Source: Setoptus koraiensis (Eukaryota; Animalia; Arthropoda). From it: DNA of 64,000 bases. The position numbers were made by a program, and so were the translations under genes. The notes under the pieces are model-generated. The model was not told where the DNA came from. It searched no databases and saw nothing but the letters and a program-made list of their open reading frames with translations. Shown piece after piece: positions 46,852 to 60,399 of this stretch. The stretch lies in contig CM106585.1 of assembly GCA_048013815.1 (NCBI GenBank), positions 6,138,001-6,202,000 on the forward strand, in the 5' to 3' direction. Every line of letters begins with the position of its first letter. Position 1 is the first letter of the stretch.

Positions 46852-47218
46852 TAAAATTGCCCTTTCAGACACGTGCTTTTCGCCGTTTGTCATTTAGAAA
46901 TTATTCAATCAATTGAAACAAGAATCCAAAATGGTAAAATCAAGGAAAAACAATAAGCGATTCAAAGGAAGTCGATGGGAACCCAAACCACTGAAGGCTG
47001 CACCTCACTCATTTGTGATAAAGCGAGGCAAAATAGGCAAAAGTCTCCAAGAACTATTGGCAGATACTCGGTCAGTTTTGGAGCCTTTCACAGCGACTCA
47101 GCTCAAAGTGTTGAAAAAGAATAGTGTCAGAGATTTCGTCTCAGTCGCATCATGTCTGAATGTTACGCACATGTTAATCTTTACCAAAACTGGAAAGTGT
47201 GCAAACGACAAGAGCTGA
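46852..47218 (+). pseudogene. 5'-partial duplicate of ppan (351 bp copied from 42524-42874), truncated 95-aa ORF 46931-47218
   Basis: Offset 4328 bp from the intact copy; about 6 substitutions in 351 bp; homology stops abruptly at 47202 and the frame ends KCANDKS*. Confidence 0.93.
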
Positions 47219-47282
47219 GTTATTATTGGTGAATTGAGAGAAACAAACGTCGTATTGAATGATGTTACTGATGAGTTTATTA

Positions 47283-48329
47283 TTATTTTTTATTCATAAT
47301 ACATTTTTTCTTTCTTTTACATGGCTTGCACCAGGCCTGTTGGTTGGTCAATCCATAACGTGCCCGACACTTCTTGTCGGATTGGTCAATCCCATTGATA
47401 CTTGAAGACTTTAATTTAAGTTTTTTAGTTCTCTTTTGATTTGCGTAGTTATCCCTGGCACTCCAGCCGGGGTATTTCTGAGAATGGAGAATCTTGTCTC
47501 GATTAGCCATTTCATAAAAGGGTGCCTGTTCCTCTCTGGTCATTTGTTGCCATTGCAGGCCCAACAACTTATTGATAGCGGCAGATTCTTTAACGTTGCC
47601 CTGCGCAACAACTTTGCTTCGTCTCTGTTTCATAAAAATCATAAAAGCGTTGAGAGGTTTCTTGATGTGTTGGTGTGGTTGCTGTTGTTGTTGTTGTTGC
47701 TGTTGTTGGGGTGGTGGTGGTGGTTGTGGTTGTTGTTGTGGTGATTGTTGTGGTTGTTGTTCTAGTTTTGGTTGTGTCTGTAGTTGTTCTAATTTTGGTT
47801 GTATTTGTAGTTGTTCTAATTTTTGATGCATTGGTTGTGTATTTGATATTGAATGTTGGTGCTGGTGGTGCGGGTGATGATGATGATGATGAAGATGGGT
47901 GTCATCAAAATCTGATTTGGTGGACGATGAGGAGGAAGTTGATGTGGTGGAAAACGAAGATGATGAGGGCAATGCTGATGTGGTGCTTGCAGCAGCATAG
48001 GGTGAATATGGGCCATAATGGCCTGGTTGAAGAGAGGCATTAGGATGAAGGTGATGATGTAAATGATGCAAATGATGCAGCGTATTGTATTGATGATGTG
48101 AATATGGATGCTGATGATGGTGCGTATGTGGATAGAGTGAGCCCATATGTTGGGCATAATAGGTATTGAATGGTGTAGCTGGACTAAACTGATTAAGCTG
48201 ATTCTTTGCGCTTAGAGCGCTAAGATAAATCAGATGTTGCTTAAATTCTTGTAGGGGATCATTTTTGTATAGACTGGCATAGAGATCCGTGGGATCGTTT
48301 GCATAATTTTTGACCTCGTCGTTGTTCAT
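47283..48329 (-). CDS. pan: TCF/LEF (pangolin-like) HMG-box transcription factor with C-clamp, divergent, 348 aa, single exon
   Basis: [35 protein letters not shown], basic tail, C-clamp [25 protein letters not shown]. Confidence 0.9.
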   Translation of the reverse strand: MNNDEVKNYANDPTDLYASLYKNDPLQEFKQHLIYLSALSAKNQLNQFSPATPFNTYYAQHMGSLYPHTHHHQHPYSHHQYNTLHHLHHLHHHLHPNASLQPGHYGPYSPYAAASTTSALPSSSSFSTTSTSSSSSTKSDFDDTHLHHHHHHPHHQHQHSISNTQPMHQKLEQLQIQPKLEQLQTQPKLEQQPQQSPQQQPQPPPPPQQQQQQQQQQPHQHIKKPLNAFMIFMKQRRSKVVAQGNVKESAAINKLLGLQWQQMTREEQAPFYEMANRDKILHSQKYPGWSARDNYANQKRTKKLKLKSSSINGIDQSDKKCRARYGLTNQQAWCKPCKRKKKCIMNKK

Positions 48330-51300
48330 CGTTGACTAAAATTGATGGTAGTGTTAATAATACAAATAATAGTGGTAATAATAATAATAATAATAATAAT
48401 ATCAATAAAATATGTATCACATCATCATTGGTTGGCAACAGTTTGTTGTTATGTAACTTTTTTTAATTTGTTATTAGTTGCAATGTTTGTGTGCATCTTG
48501 AGCAACAATAAGATTAGAATGGCTTGTGTTTTGCGCTGGTGCGTTCAGGCATTCGCTGGCTGGTGTGTTAGCGCGGTGCTGCTGCTGCTGGATGCCGATG
48601 CACCGTGGATGCATTGCCGAGGACAGTGCGCACACACACACACTTATTCACATGAACGCGAACCAAAACTCACAGACTGCAGCAGCGCACATGACCGTGC
48701 GCTCTGCTCTTGCGGGGCACGAAATTGTAGGGGGCGCTGCGCGCCGTCCAGCCTAACAACGAACGGTCAGGTGTGCGCATGCGCGAGAAAAGTTCTTTAT
48801 CTTTGCTGCTTGTTCTTTATTCGCTGCTCGTCTGCTGTCTACTGTGGACACTGTCTGCAATTCAAATAGTTCCATTGCTGCTGCTGCTGTCTGCTCAATG
48901 TGCGAGTGTTCGCGTGTGCGTGTGTGTGTATGTGTGTGTGAATCGCGCATTCTTGAGCGTCTAATGGTCAAAATGGAGAGACGGACAAGGAATGAAGAAG
49001 AATAAAGAATGATGACGGTCGTTATGCGTCCCTCGCGCATCGTGCATCGCGCGGTGCAGAGCGCGGCGCAGCCAATCTCATCATCTTTTTGTTCAAGATG
49101 GACGCTCGCTGCTGCAGCGCAGCCACAAGCAACAGATTACCACCGCTGCTTGCACCAACCGCTGCACCGCCCGAGCTGGAGCTGGTGCAAGGCTGCACCA
49201 GCTTCGACAGCAATCCAAGCAGTTAAATCCAACGCACACACACACACGCACGCACAAGATAAGCTGCACCGTGGTTGGCTTTGCAGGCTGGTGAAGCACC
49301 ATCGGCACGCCATTAGTGCCGACCAGCGTTTCGCTGCTCGCTGCTGGGCACTGGTGCTTGGCATCGCTGGGCACTGGTAGTTGGCAGCAGCGGGCAGCAG
49401 TGGGCACGCCACCTAGCGATGGAGCTGCCGAGACTGGGCAGCGTCACGACCATAAATACACTTGTGCACTGTTTGTCTATGCTCGTGTGATGATTGGTGC
49501 ACGCAAACTTTCTCTCTGGCTGCACCAGCCTGCACCGGGCACAATCGGTGCTGCCAGCGGCGCACTCATGGGCTGCACCGGCCGGCCATTGTCAGCGGTG
49601 CTGTGGCACGGACGCACGCAAATGCTAATGTTGCCTTCGAAAAGTCTCTGACACATATCGTTGTTTGTAAAATATCGCGGCCAAATGTTAACTATATCTA
49701 CTTGAGAGCTCATGCCTGATTAGCTGCACCGCTCAAACTGGTGCACCGCTCACTGGTGCACAGCTCACTTGTGCACCGCTCAAACTCGCGCAAACGCACC
49801 ACTCGCGACGCGCTCACTGGTGCAGCACCAGTTGGTGGTGAGCCGCGCCGGGGGAGCCCCAGTGGCTAATGGCGGCCGGCAATGGTGGCCAAATAAATCA
49901 CAGTGTCGCACAGTGACTGTTCGGCTGTTAGCTGGTGCGGCTGTTAGCTGGTGCGGCTGTTGGTTGGTGCGGCTGTTGGTTGGTGCGGCAACAATTATCG
50001 TTTGGCACTCCACTAATTTGCACGCCACCAATTGCGACGATATAGATGTAGCGTGTAGCGTGCAGCGGGCGCCATTGAGCCGGCACCGTTGACACAATTG
50101 TATAATTGGCCGCCGACATGAGCCATTTCGAGCATTATTAGCTCAGATAATAATAGCAGTAATCGAATTCGGCAGCGCTACGCCGAACAGCGAAGCGGAA
50201 ATGGCAGCTAAGTGTGTGTTCTAAGCGGCCGTTCGTGTGTCTGTCTGGCTGACTGTCGCTCGTTGTTGCCGATGGTGTTTGTTTGTTTGTCTGCTGTTGT
50301 TGGCGACTATGTTATATGACGGTGTCGTCAGTGGGGGCACCCAGGGCCAAATATGACAGGCCAACGACACAGCTAGACAGACGCAGCAGTGGCAGCATGA
50401 GCGGCAGCAGTTGAGACGCGGAGAGCGCTCAAAAGTTGCAAAGATTAAGATTAAAAGTTGCTCTAGATGCTCGCTGATCACGGTATCACCCATAAGCCAC
50501 ACACACAACATTGATGATAGCCGGGGCTGCGGCTGCAACTAGTGATGGATGATGATCGTTGTCATAATGATGTCGAAAGCGAGCGATTTACTTTCTTGAT
50601 TGAGCCGCGACTTAATAGTGACTGACTACTTGACAAACATAACGCACACACACACACACACAAATATAAATGTAAATGTAAATACCACAAAAATATATAT
50701 TTATACGTATAACAAGTCGGCGCTGACTTGCCAATCGGCCAGACGGCATCTTGACATGGTTAGCCGGCTGTGCAGGCCGGTAATTGTGGTGCCCGATGGT
50801 GCGGCGGCATCGGCGGCAGCTCCATTCTCCAGTCTCCAGTGCGTCTATTGGCTCAACCAATAAGCCGAGCTAATGGTGTCGAATTAGTCGAATGGTGTGT
50901 CGGCGGCTGCGAGCCACAAGCCATGCAAGCTGGCAAACTAAGCGCGATATGAGGGGCTTATGGCTGGAACAGATTGGCGAATTGTCAATGTGCCCATCGA
51001 TGCTCGCCAATGCGACTCGCTGGCGTACAGCATATAGAGAGAGAATACATATAAGAATATATACGAGAGAATATGTGCAAGACAGGACGACGACGACCGG
51101 CACGAAACGAGAGTTCTCAAGAGCAACATGTATAACATGGCGAGTTAGTTAGTTGATCGGGGCAAACGTTTCCAAATTAGAGCCGGCGACAACGACGAGA
51201 CTTGTTGAGACGTTCCAAATCATCGCCGTTTACAGATGCTCGCCGAGATGAGATTGTCATGGTGTGTGCAGCTTGTGTCAGCCCTTGGTCTATTCGTCTG

Positions 51301-54300
51301 ATCGTCTGTTCGTCAGTTAAAAATGACGACTGACCCTGTGTGTTTGTTTGTGTGTGTACTCAGCCCTCAATGAACTCATAAAATGGACTAGTCACACTAT
51401 TAATATACCAACAGCAGTCACTATGTTTGTTGTTGTTGCGTTGATGCGATACGTTGACGCGCTCCATTAGCCGAGAATGACATAGATGAAAATGTATGGA
51501 AAATGTTGTCGTTGTTGTTGTTGTTGTTGCTGTTCATCTTTAGATAGTTAATGCGATAAGGCCAATTTTCGGCGCACAAAACGCAAAGCAGCGCAGCGCG
51601 CACACACAACGCACACATTTACAAATTGTTAGCCTAAATGAGCTGAACGACTAGCGACAATGGCAAATCAACGCAGCAAATAGTGTTTAAAAAAACACTA
51701 TTGCATACATATATTTGGCCACAAGCAGAGCCATATCGCATGTAAACGGCGCTCGTTATAGCGCCGCTGGCCGTGGGCAAGCGCGATGCGCGGCCCATTG
51801 TGGCCGGCCAATGGCTGCTGGCGCAACAGTGCGCCCATGTTGCTCGCTGCCAAAGTGCCGGCAATGTGGCGCCCTGATGGCCGACGCGCTGCCGGCCCAT
51901 ATCAACACCATTAGTGTGCGTTATCGTCGTTATTGATATCAGTGGCGCGATATGGTTGTGGATATATCACACAATTATTATTATTATTATTATCACAATG
52001 GCAGAAATTGTATCACACCCGGCCTTTGTTTACTTTCGTGCTCGTTGTGATATACTGTCGCTGTTGTGTTGGCTGTCGCCGTTGTGATTGCTGTCGCTGT
52101 TGCGCCGTTGTGATACACTCTTGTGTCATGCCGTTGTTGCCATCACTAGGCATGGTGATTTTTGGCGAGCGACGTCACTAATTGCTCGCTCAATCAATCT
52201 ATACTGGCATAATTGCTGCCACATTGCTATATTGTTATATTAATGTGCATATAGTACAACAATGCAAGGCGACAGCAATTACAAGTCGCTTGGCGCGCTC
52301 GCGACCATGTAATTGATTAATTGCCACAACTCGCTGCTGCTGCTGATTGGCTGCTCCCAATTTGTTGTTATCCGTTCGCCAGCGAGCTCTTGTCAGTCCG
52401 TGCGCTGTCTGGCTGTCTGCTGCTGCTGCCGTCTATGAGCTCTCCACGTCAAGTGGCGAGTGCATTCAATCTCGACGCAACATCGCCAGCAGCAGTAGTC
52501 ACATCGAGCTACACAAAGCTAGCTACACACAATACAATGCAACAGAACAAAACAAAGCAGCGAAATTAACGGTAGTTGCCAGCAACCGGCAACTACCGGC
52601 AGTGTGTAAGTGGCAGCATGTAATGAAAGGGCTAATTTTATCTGTTGTTTGCAAGTGTTTTGTGCCACACAAGTGATACCATTTGCCATTTGCCAGTTGC
52701 CTCTCAGTTGTCAGTTGCCTCTCGCTTGTCGGTTGCCTCTCGCTTGTCGGTTGGTTTGTCGCTGGCGACGCTCATGTTGCCTTCGGGCCAAATAAGAGAG
52801 ATGCGATGCAGATATTGTTTTTGCTCGACTTGGCGTCGCGTCTCGTTTAATTTGGCAAATTGTTGATTGGCCGCGATTATTTTGTTGCGTTTTGTTTTGT
52901 TTTGTTGCGTTGCGCTGTTATCTCGCTGTGTCGCTGTTGATACTAGCTAACTAGCAACAACTTACCAGCTTAACCAGTTTCAACGTCAAGTGCATCAAGT
53001 AGCTTTGTGCCTTTCATGCTGTTTGTATAGTGTTTGATTGTCGATCAACGCCAGCCAGCCAGCCAGCCAGCCAGTCAGTCAGCCAACAGCCACTAGTCGG
53101 CTCCGCGACAGTCTTAACAGACGACTTAGTTGCTTGTTAGCGAGAAGATTATCACCATCGCACACACTCAACTCGATGGTTTCCGCCCCGATAAGCTCGC
53201 CAAGATACATGTGTGGCGCTCTATATGTGTGCCATGCGTCTATATATGGCGCCTGTTGACGATGCGACCAAGTCGGATAGGCAAGTCGCCGCGTCGGATG
53301 TCATATGATGATATCACATAATATGATATCATACAATGCGATGATATCCGAGGCTGGCCACTATGTGAGAGGCATGTCACATAGTGGTGCATATAGGGTA
53401 GTAGTGGAAGTTGTCACTATATGGACCATTGCGGCCATTGCAGCCTCAGACCGTTGAGTTGAGTCGCGCTTGTCAGCGGCCGAGAACAATGGAATGTTGT
53501 TGCAGTTGTCGTGTTATTGTGCTGCTGCCGGTGCCAGATTGTTGTGTTGATCTAATGAGATTCACTGGTCGTTTATCTCGCTCTCTGATTAAATACACTT
53601 GTTGTTGTCCTGTGCTGCCGTCGCTTTATCGCTCGCTGCCTAGCCCAACATCTGACAATTGTGAGGCTGCGCTCGTTTGGCTTATTTAACAGCTTTACGG
53701 CGACAACGACGACGACGACTATATTATAAAGAGCAGCAGCTGATATAAAGAGAAAGATCTCGCAAAGAGAGAGAGCAAACAACGTTTAATTGGCAATCTT
53801 GATTAGATCTGGCTGTGGCGTCGTCGTCGTCGTCGTCGTGGTCGGAGCTGCCGTTGCTGTTGCTGCAGCGTTTATCTGGCTCCTTAGGTAGCTATGGGCA
53901 CTCAAACGAGCAGAAATGGCAGCCAGCGAGGGCTGCTAGCTAGCGATCATCACCATGGTCGTCTGCGCAGCTCCACTAATAAACTTGATAAACTACCAAT
54001 TGCTCGATAGATTAAATGCCAGTCACTCAGCCAGCCAGCCAGCCAGCCAGCTTGTGTTTGCGCGACCAACAAACTAAACTAACACTGGCAACACTGGCAA
54101 CACTGGCAATACTAGACGCTGGCAAGCAACGAAGATCTAATCTAAATTGATGACGATAAACTGATTAGTTTGTGTCGACAGGCCTCGTCTACTGTTGCTG
54201 CTGGCGGCCAACTTGCTCGTCGCCGTCGCCGGCGCTGTCGTAATCAACATCGACATCTCTCAAATACCCGAAACGCAGACAGACAGAGCTGCTCCGAGAT

Positions 54301-57300
54301 TGGCCAACAATCTCTCAGCGATCTGTTTTATCTTGCAAACAACGCATGAGCTGATGAGCTCATATTTGAGCCAATGAGTTGATGATTGGCTGACGATCAC
54401 AGCCAGGCCGGCCCGCTCTGGCTCGGTGTGTGGCCCGATCAGGCGGCCATTATCCGCTCACTGTCCGAGTTTGTGTGCCTGTGTGGACGGACGGGCCGCC
54501 GATCGAGCGCCGACGGGCCGCCGATAGAAAAGGATGTAGGGGCCGCGGAGCGAAGGCAACTCGTTGAGTGGCAGCCAAGAGCCCGGCAGCCCGACTCGAC
54601 TCGACGCTGACACTTCCATTTGACACTGGCATTCGCTGGGCTTTTGTGCCGCTGTCGCGTCTTGTCGCGACAGGTGACACTTGGCACGCAAGTCTCTGCC
54701 GGGCACCACAATGGCCCGCTGCAAAGACAGCGCCGGTATTGGTGGCAGCTCGGAGTGTCAGCTCAATTGTGCCAATTGTGTGTCGATTGACAAGTTGTGA
54801 GCAGAAAGTGCCAACCGGCGGCCGTGTGTCGGCGGCGCTTGAATTGCGTAATCAATTGCGCCATTAACGCATTGCGTCATCAGATAAAGACGCATGCGGC
54901 CATCGGCCGCATCAATCAGCCAGCGGACGCCGCCGCCGACAACAACAGGTGATAGTTTTGTCCCTTGATCCATCTCTGTCGCTCGCTCGTAGCCACCGAG
55001 ACGCTTGCTACGAGCTGCAAGCTGCTACAAGCCACAAGCGAGCGACAGTGTGTGTGACGGGCCGGCGGACAGCGAGCCCGGCGGCCCGTCGGCCCGTCGT
55101 TGCACTGCCAGCGGCCGCAATTAGCCGCCAATCAGCCGTCGGGCGAGCGGGCGCAACGCACATTAGTGTGGCTCGTTAAACAATTAGGGCTCTCACTGGC
55201 TTTGTCTTGTTGTTGGCGCGAGTAGGTGTTTGTTTTTGGCAGCCAGCGGATTGTTGATTGGGCCAGCGCCGGCGATAACCGGCAATTATCGCCGGCCGGC
55301 CGACCAGCAAAAACTATTCAAATATTGGCTTTGCGCCGCTGATCGATTTGCGCGATGATCGATGGCCGCCGCCACCGCCGCTGCCATGGTCTGGCCGCTG
55401 TCAGTTGGCCGCCGGTCGTTTTGGTGCCGGCCGCCGGTTTGTTTCGCAGTCGCAATGGATCGCCAGTGGCGCTGTTAGGCCAGCGGATCGCCGGGCCGAG
55501 CTGCCACCGCGATACAATTAACGCGCTGGCGTCCCATTTGCATTGTCTTAGCGGCGTCGCCGGACACAACAGGTTGGCCTGGCCGGTCCGGGTCGTTGTG
55601 ACCGGCCACAACAATGCACTTGTGCAACCATCACACAAACCTGTGCATATACACAGTCACCTGTATGAGCTCATGAGCTGGCTAGGCACGACGGCGAGTC
55701 GTGCGATTCGTTTTTTGCCCGTTTGCGCCCACTTTTGGCCACTTTTGCCCATTTTCGCACCCATGCTCGGGCGCATTCTCGGGCGCATTCTGGCCGACCG
55801 TTCTCTGGCCGGCCGTTCTCCGGCCGGGCGCGCACTTCCGAGCGGCCGCCGCGAGCCTATAACTGCAACAATTACGGGCGCCGTTGTTGGCGCTGCTGGC
55901 GCTGTCAGCGTTGCTAGCCGGCGCTGGCGTTGCGGTCCGGCCACAGTGGCGCTGCCGTGCCGCGACGGCGGCGCTGCTGACGGGCGAAACACGACGCGGC
56001 CTGGCGGCAGTCGGGCCAGTTGCGAAACAAGTGGCGATGGTGCCATGATTAGCACTTATTTACTTATCATCATCACCTCTGGCTCGTTTGCGGCCGCTTG
56101 GCGCATTCTCGCCGCTTGTCGGGCGCCGCGCGACGCAATTCGGCCGGCCAGCAATTCGAGTGGCCAGCGATTCGAGTGGCCAGCTTCGCGCGGCCAAACT
56201 GCAACCGTTTGTGCGGCTGTTGCAGCTTCGCTGTGGCCAAATTGGAAGCCAGCGAGCGGCTTGTTGTGGCGCTCACGCGGCTCGCACCGCTGGACACATG
56301 CGACGCTGGCCGCTCAACGGAGCCGTGGCAGAGAATTAATCATTATCGCCGGCCAGCGCATGCCAGCGCCGGCCTGGCCTCGTCGCCGCTCTCGGCCGCT
56401 GGCCGCCCGAATCGCCGGGCTGCTCGGGTCGCCGGGCTGCGAGCCTCGAATCGTGTGGGCCGCATACTGATTGGCCGAGCGGCCGCCGCTGGCCGCAGCG
56501 TCTAGCTGCGCCGAGCCGAGTTTGCCCGTCGAGGCTCGACGGTCCGCTGGACCATTTATACGGTCAGCGCAGCGGAGCGACAGCGCAAATGGGCGCGATT
56601 CGCCGATGCGCCGATGATATCCATATTTTGCGCTATCAGTGCGGCCATCAGGCGCTCGCCGATGCATAGTTGGCGCAGGAGAGAGTGTTGTTTGTATAAT
56701 TAACTGCGGTGTTACCTGTTGTATCACCTCCACACTGGCACCTCCGTTGTTTCGGCCGCTTGCAACAGTGTTTGTGTTGGCAGCGTCGCTGCTCGTCGGG
56801 CTCGTCGGTCTGGTCGGGCTCGTCGGGCGGCGACCGGCGGCCAGACCGGCTGCGAGACAGAGATAGAGATCACGGTCAGTCGGGCTGCACGACTCGCTGT
56901 CGGACTCGGGCCGGCGCTGATGGCGCTGATGCTGCTGATGCCGGGCCAGATTGCACAATGGGCACAGCTTGACCATTGGCCGGGCCGGGCCGGCAACACG
57001 TCAGCGCGCGGAGCGTCGTTAGCCCGTGGGCTCAGCAGTGCAAATATTGTAATATTATAATATGATAATATCATCATATCATCCCATCATATGCAGCCAG
57101 CATCACGCCATGAATACCGTCAGTTACCTGTTGGCCAGCCCCGTTTACCTGTTGTGTCTGTTTGAATATGTTAATGATGCCAATGCCAGTGCGTTGTTGG
57201 CAGCACGCCAACGACGGCGGCTCACCTGGCCGCCGTTGTGTCATAACACGGCGGCGATATTGTGTTGCCTTGCGTGGTTGCATTGCGCCACTATATGTGC

Positions 57301-60196
57301 CATTACATCATGTATTTATACATTATGTATGCATCATGCTGCTCGCATTGCGAGGCGTCATATGTGTCCAGCATATGCGACTACATGCGAGTATATGCTG
57401 GACAGTATATGTGTGGCGAAAATTGAAATTATCGCCCGCTCGGCCAGTGCGCCGGTGTCATTAGCAGCAATTGTTGGTGTTGCCCAATTGCTGCAAGTGC
57501 AGCCGAGCTGCCGGTCGGCGTCGGTCGGCGTCGGTCGTTGCCGGTCGGCGTCGGATGCCGGCGTGCGGCGACCGGCCAACCTGACTAATGGCTAAATGGT
57601 CAACTGGCCAACTGGCCAACTGGCCAATTAGCCGTTTAGCCGTTTAGCAGCCGGCCGTTGCGCCGATGGTGATCACGCCAGCCGCTTATGCAATGCGCAC
57701 TGTGCGCATTGCATAAGTCGGGCTGGACGATCCGCTCGACCATTTATACGCAATCTGTGCCAGTCGCGGCGTGCCCAACCGACGCGTCCATTGTCTCCGG
57801 CTCGGCCGCTGATTGCGCAATCACGAGCCGTGCAGCTCACACTGTTAATACAATGTTTGTTTGTGCAAGCTGGCCGAGCAGCAACAACAGCAGCAGCAGC
57901 AACAACAACAGCGCCATACTGTCCAGTCGGCCGGCGTGGCTTCAATTAGCGCCCATATAATTGCCGTCATAGCGTCATTGCGTCATTGAGTCATTGCGTC
58001 ATTGCGTCATTGCGCCATTGTGCCATTGCGTCATTGCGCCTTTGTAGGCGCAAGATTGAGTTTTCTGCCTTTCACGCGATATGCCACTTGTTGGCACTGA
58101 CAGTCGCTCAAACGGACACTTGTCCGCGATGGCTGCACTGTCAACGCAAACAATGCGAACCAGCGACAACAGGTGACCGTCGCGGCTCGAGGGGCCGCAG
58201 CGAGCCGTCGCCGCCCCAATCAATTCTGACAGCCGGATGGTCGGACAGTCGGACGGTCCGACGGTCGATGGCCGGCGCTCGACAGACGCCCGCTGATAGG
58301 TGGCGAGCGGTCGTTTAGACCTTTGGAGTTTCAGCGCGCTGTTGATGTTTGCCGTTGATATCGATCTAATCTGGCCAACCGGCCCAGCTCAACGAGCGAC
58401 CGAGCGAGCCCGACTGAGCCTAAATGAGCGAGACCGAGCGCCGACCGTGGCCACCAAATGGCAGCCGGAGATAAGCTGCTGGCGCATGATACGTGAGCAG
58501 CAGTTTTATATTTTATTTATATTATAGGGCGATAAAAAGTTATATTTATTTATTTTTCGATTTATGTGTGTGCGTATTGGCGCGGCCATTCGATCGAAAT
58601 GGGAGCAGGACTTTTAATTGGCCAATGGGCTCTCAGTGGCTGCTGGCATTCGGCCAAGGCGCCGCTGACTTTCTCCGGGCAGCGCGTTGATTTACTACAC
58701 CGTCTGTTGCTTGCATTATGTTGCGAGCTCACATTGGAGCTTGAGTGGCCAGTTTTAATAGAAATCTCGCCAGACTGCAAAGTCGAGCAGAGAGCGAGCT
58801 TCAATAGAATCCGCTGGACAGTCTGTACAGAGGACGAGAATTGCGCTTGCGTCTGACGCTCGTACACGACGCACTGGCCACAGCGAGCCAATAGGGCGAG
58901 GAAATATTAAATCGACGATGCCTTCATATTGTGTTTATGCCGGCCGGCCACTTGAGGGCCACTTGTCGGCCACTTGGCGAGTGACCAGTGGTCTCAACGG
59001 TTCGGCCGCTGGTCTGAGCGCTGGCTGGCGGACGAAACAGAACGAGACGAGATTGGGCGCACAGCAGAATTCACTTTCGGATTGGCCTGTCGAGCTGCCA
59101 GTTGCAAGTTGGAGCCAATCCAATTGAAACGAAACAAAACCAACTGGCTGCGTCGGGCGAGATTAATTTTCACGGTCATCGGCGTGGTGGTCGTGTTAGT
59201 TATTAACTCTCGTCACGTCATTTGGCCGCTCCACTCGACTGTTGGCCATCGTCGACTGCTGGCCATCGTCGACTGCACCACCGTCGGCTGCACCGTCGTC
59301 GATTGCACCATCGTCGACTGCACCGAACCACTGCCCGAGCGACTGCAGTTTGCGCCCGCTCGCAGCTCCCGGCTCAACGCAACTCGAAGCCGCTCGCAGC
59401 CGCTCGCAGCCACTCGCACCAACTCGCACCAACTGACCACTGCAACTGACCACTGCGAGCGCTGCGTCTAAGCGACTCGACAGACTCGCACCAGCAGCAG
59501 CAGCAGACAATGACGACATGAGAGCGCGTTAACAACGCTCCGATTAGTCAGCGAAACAACAACAAACAACAACAACAGGTAGTTAAGTGGGCAGGCTGCT
59601 GGCCGTGATTGGGCTCGCTGCTGCAGTCGCTGTCGCCGTTGTTGTTGCCGTTGTTGTTGGTGTTGCTGTCGTTGTTGCTGCTGCCAGCAGCCCAACAACG
59701 AGGCTCAATCTGGGAACGAACGTTACTCGCAGCCTCTCTGCCAGCACCTGTTGTTGTCAGTCGTGTTCGCCAGGTAAACACACTGCCCCCAATGCAGTCG
59801 CTGCGTGCTCGTCGTTGTTCGTTGTTGCCGGTTGTTGCTCGCTGTTGCCGGTTGTTGCTCGTTGTTGCGCGTTGTTGTGGCTCGTCGGGCCGGCCCGGAA
59901 TATGTATTCATGACGCCCGATATAAATTGCCCGATAATATATATGAGGGCACTCACATGACGCTGGCAGCACATGACTCATGATTGCAGCAGCACATGAT
60001 TGCTGCACCACATTGAGTCGGTGCACTGGTGCGCACCAGCAACAATTGACGCTCGCGCCAGCCTCCACGGCCAGTCAATGGGGATCGTCGTCCCGTCCAA
60101 TTGCAGCGTAATTGTGTATGTGTAACGCAACCGACGGCCAATTTGTTGCCCTCCGAACTCATTAGGTAACCCGCGTTCGCACCGTCGCGTCCCGTA

Positions 60197-60286
60197 TATT
60201 GCGTACATCGCGCCTATTGCGTATATTGCGCCTATTGCGTTTATTGCGTCTATTGCGTCTATTGCGTCTATTGCGTCTATTGCGTA
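60197..60286. repeat. 9-bp minisatellite (tattgcgtc)n
   Basis: Direct reading. Confidence 0.85.
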
Positions 60287-60327
60287 TACCGTACAGTGTA
60301 CATGTAAAGTCTGCTGGCCACAGAGAG

Positions 60328-60329
<2 letters not shown>

Positions 60330-60397
<68 letters not shown>
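60330..60397. repeat. Compound microsatellite (AT)n(AG)n
   Basis: Direct reading. Confidence 0.95.

Positions 60398-60399
<2 letters not shown>

Noticed and set aside
3715-59585. Frequent ACAGGTR words (Zelda CAGGTAG or Snail-type E-box)
   Set aside because: Cannot be separated from splice-donor-like or chance occurrences without an enrichment test.
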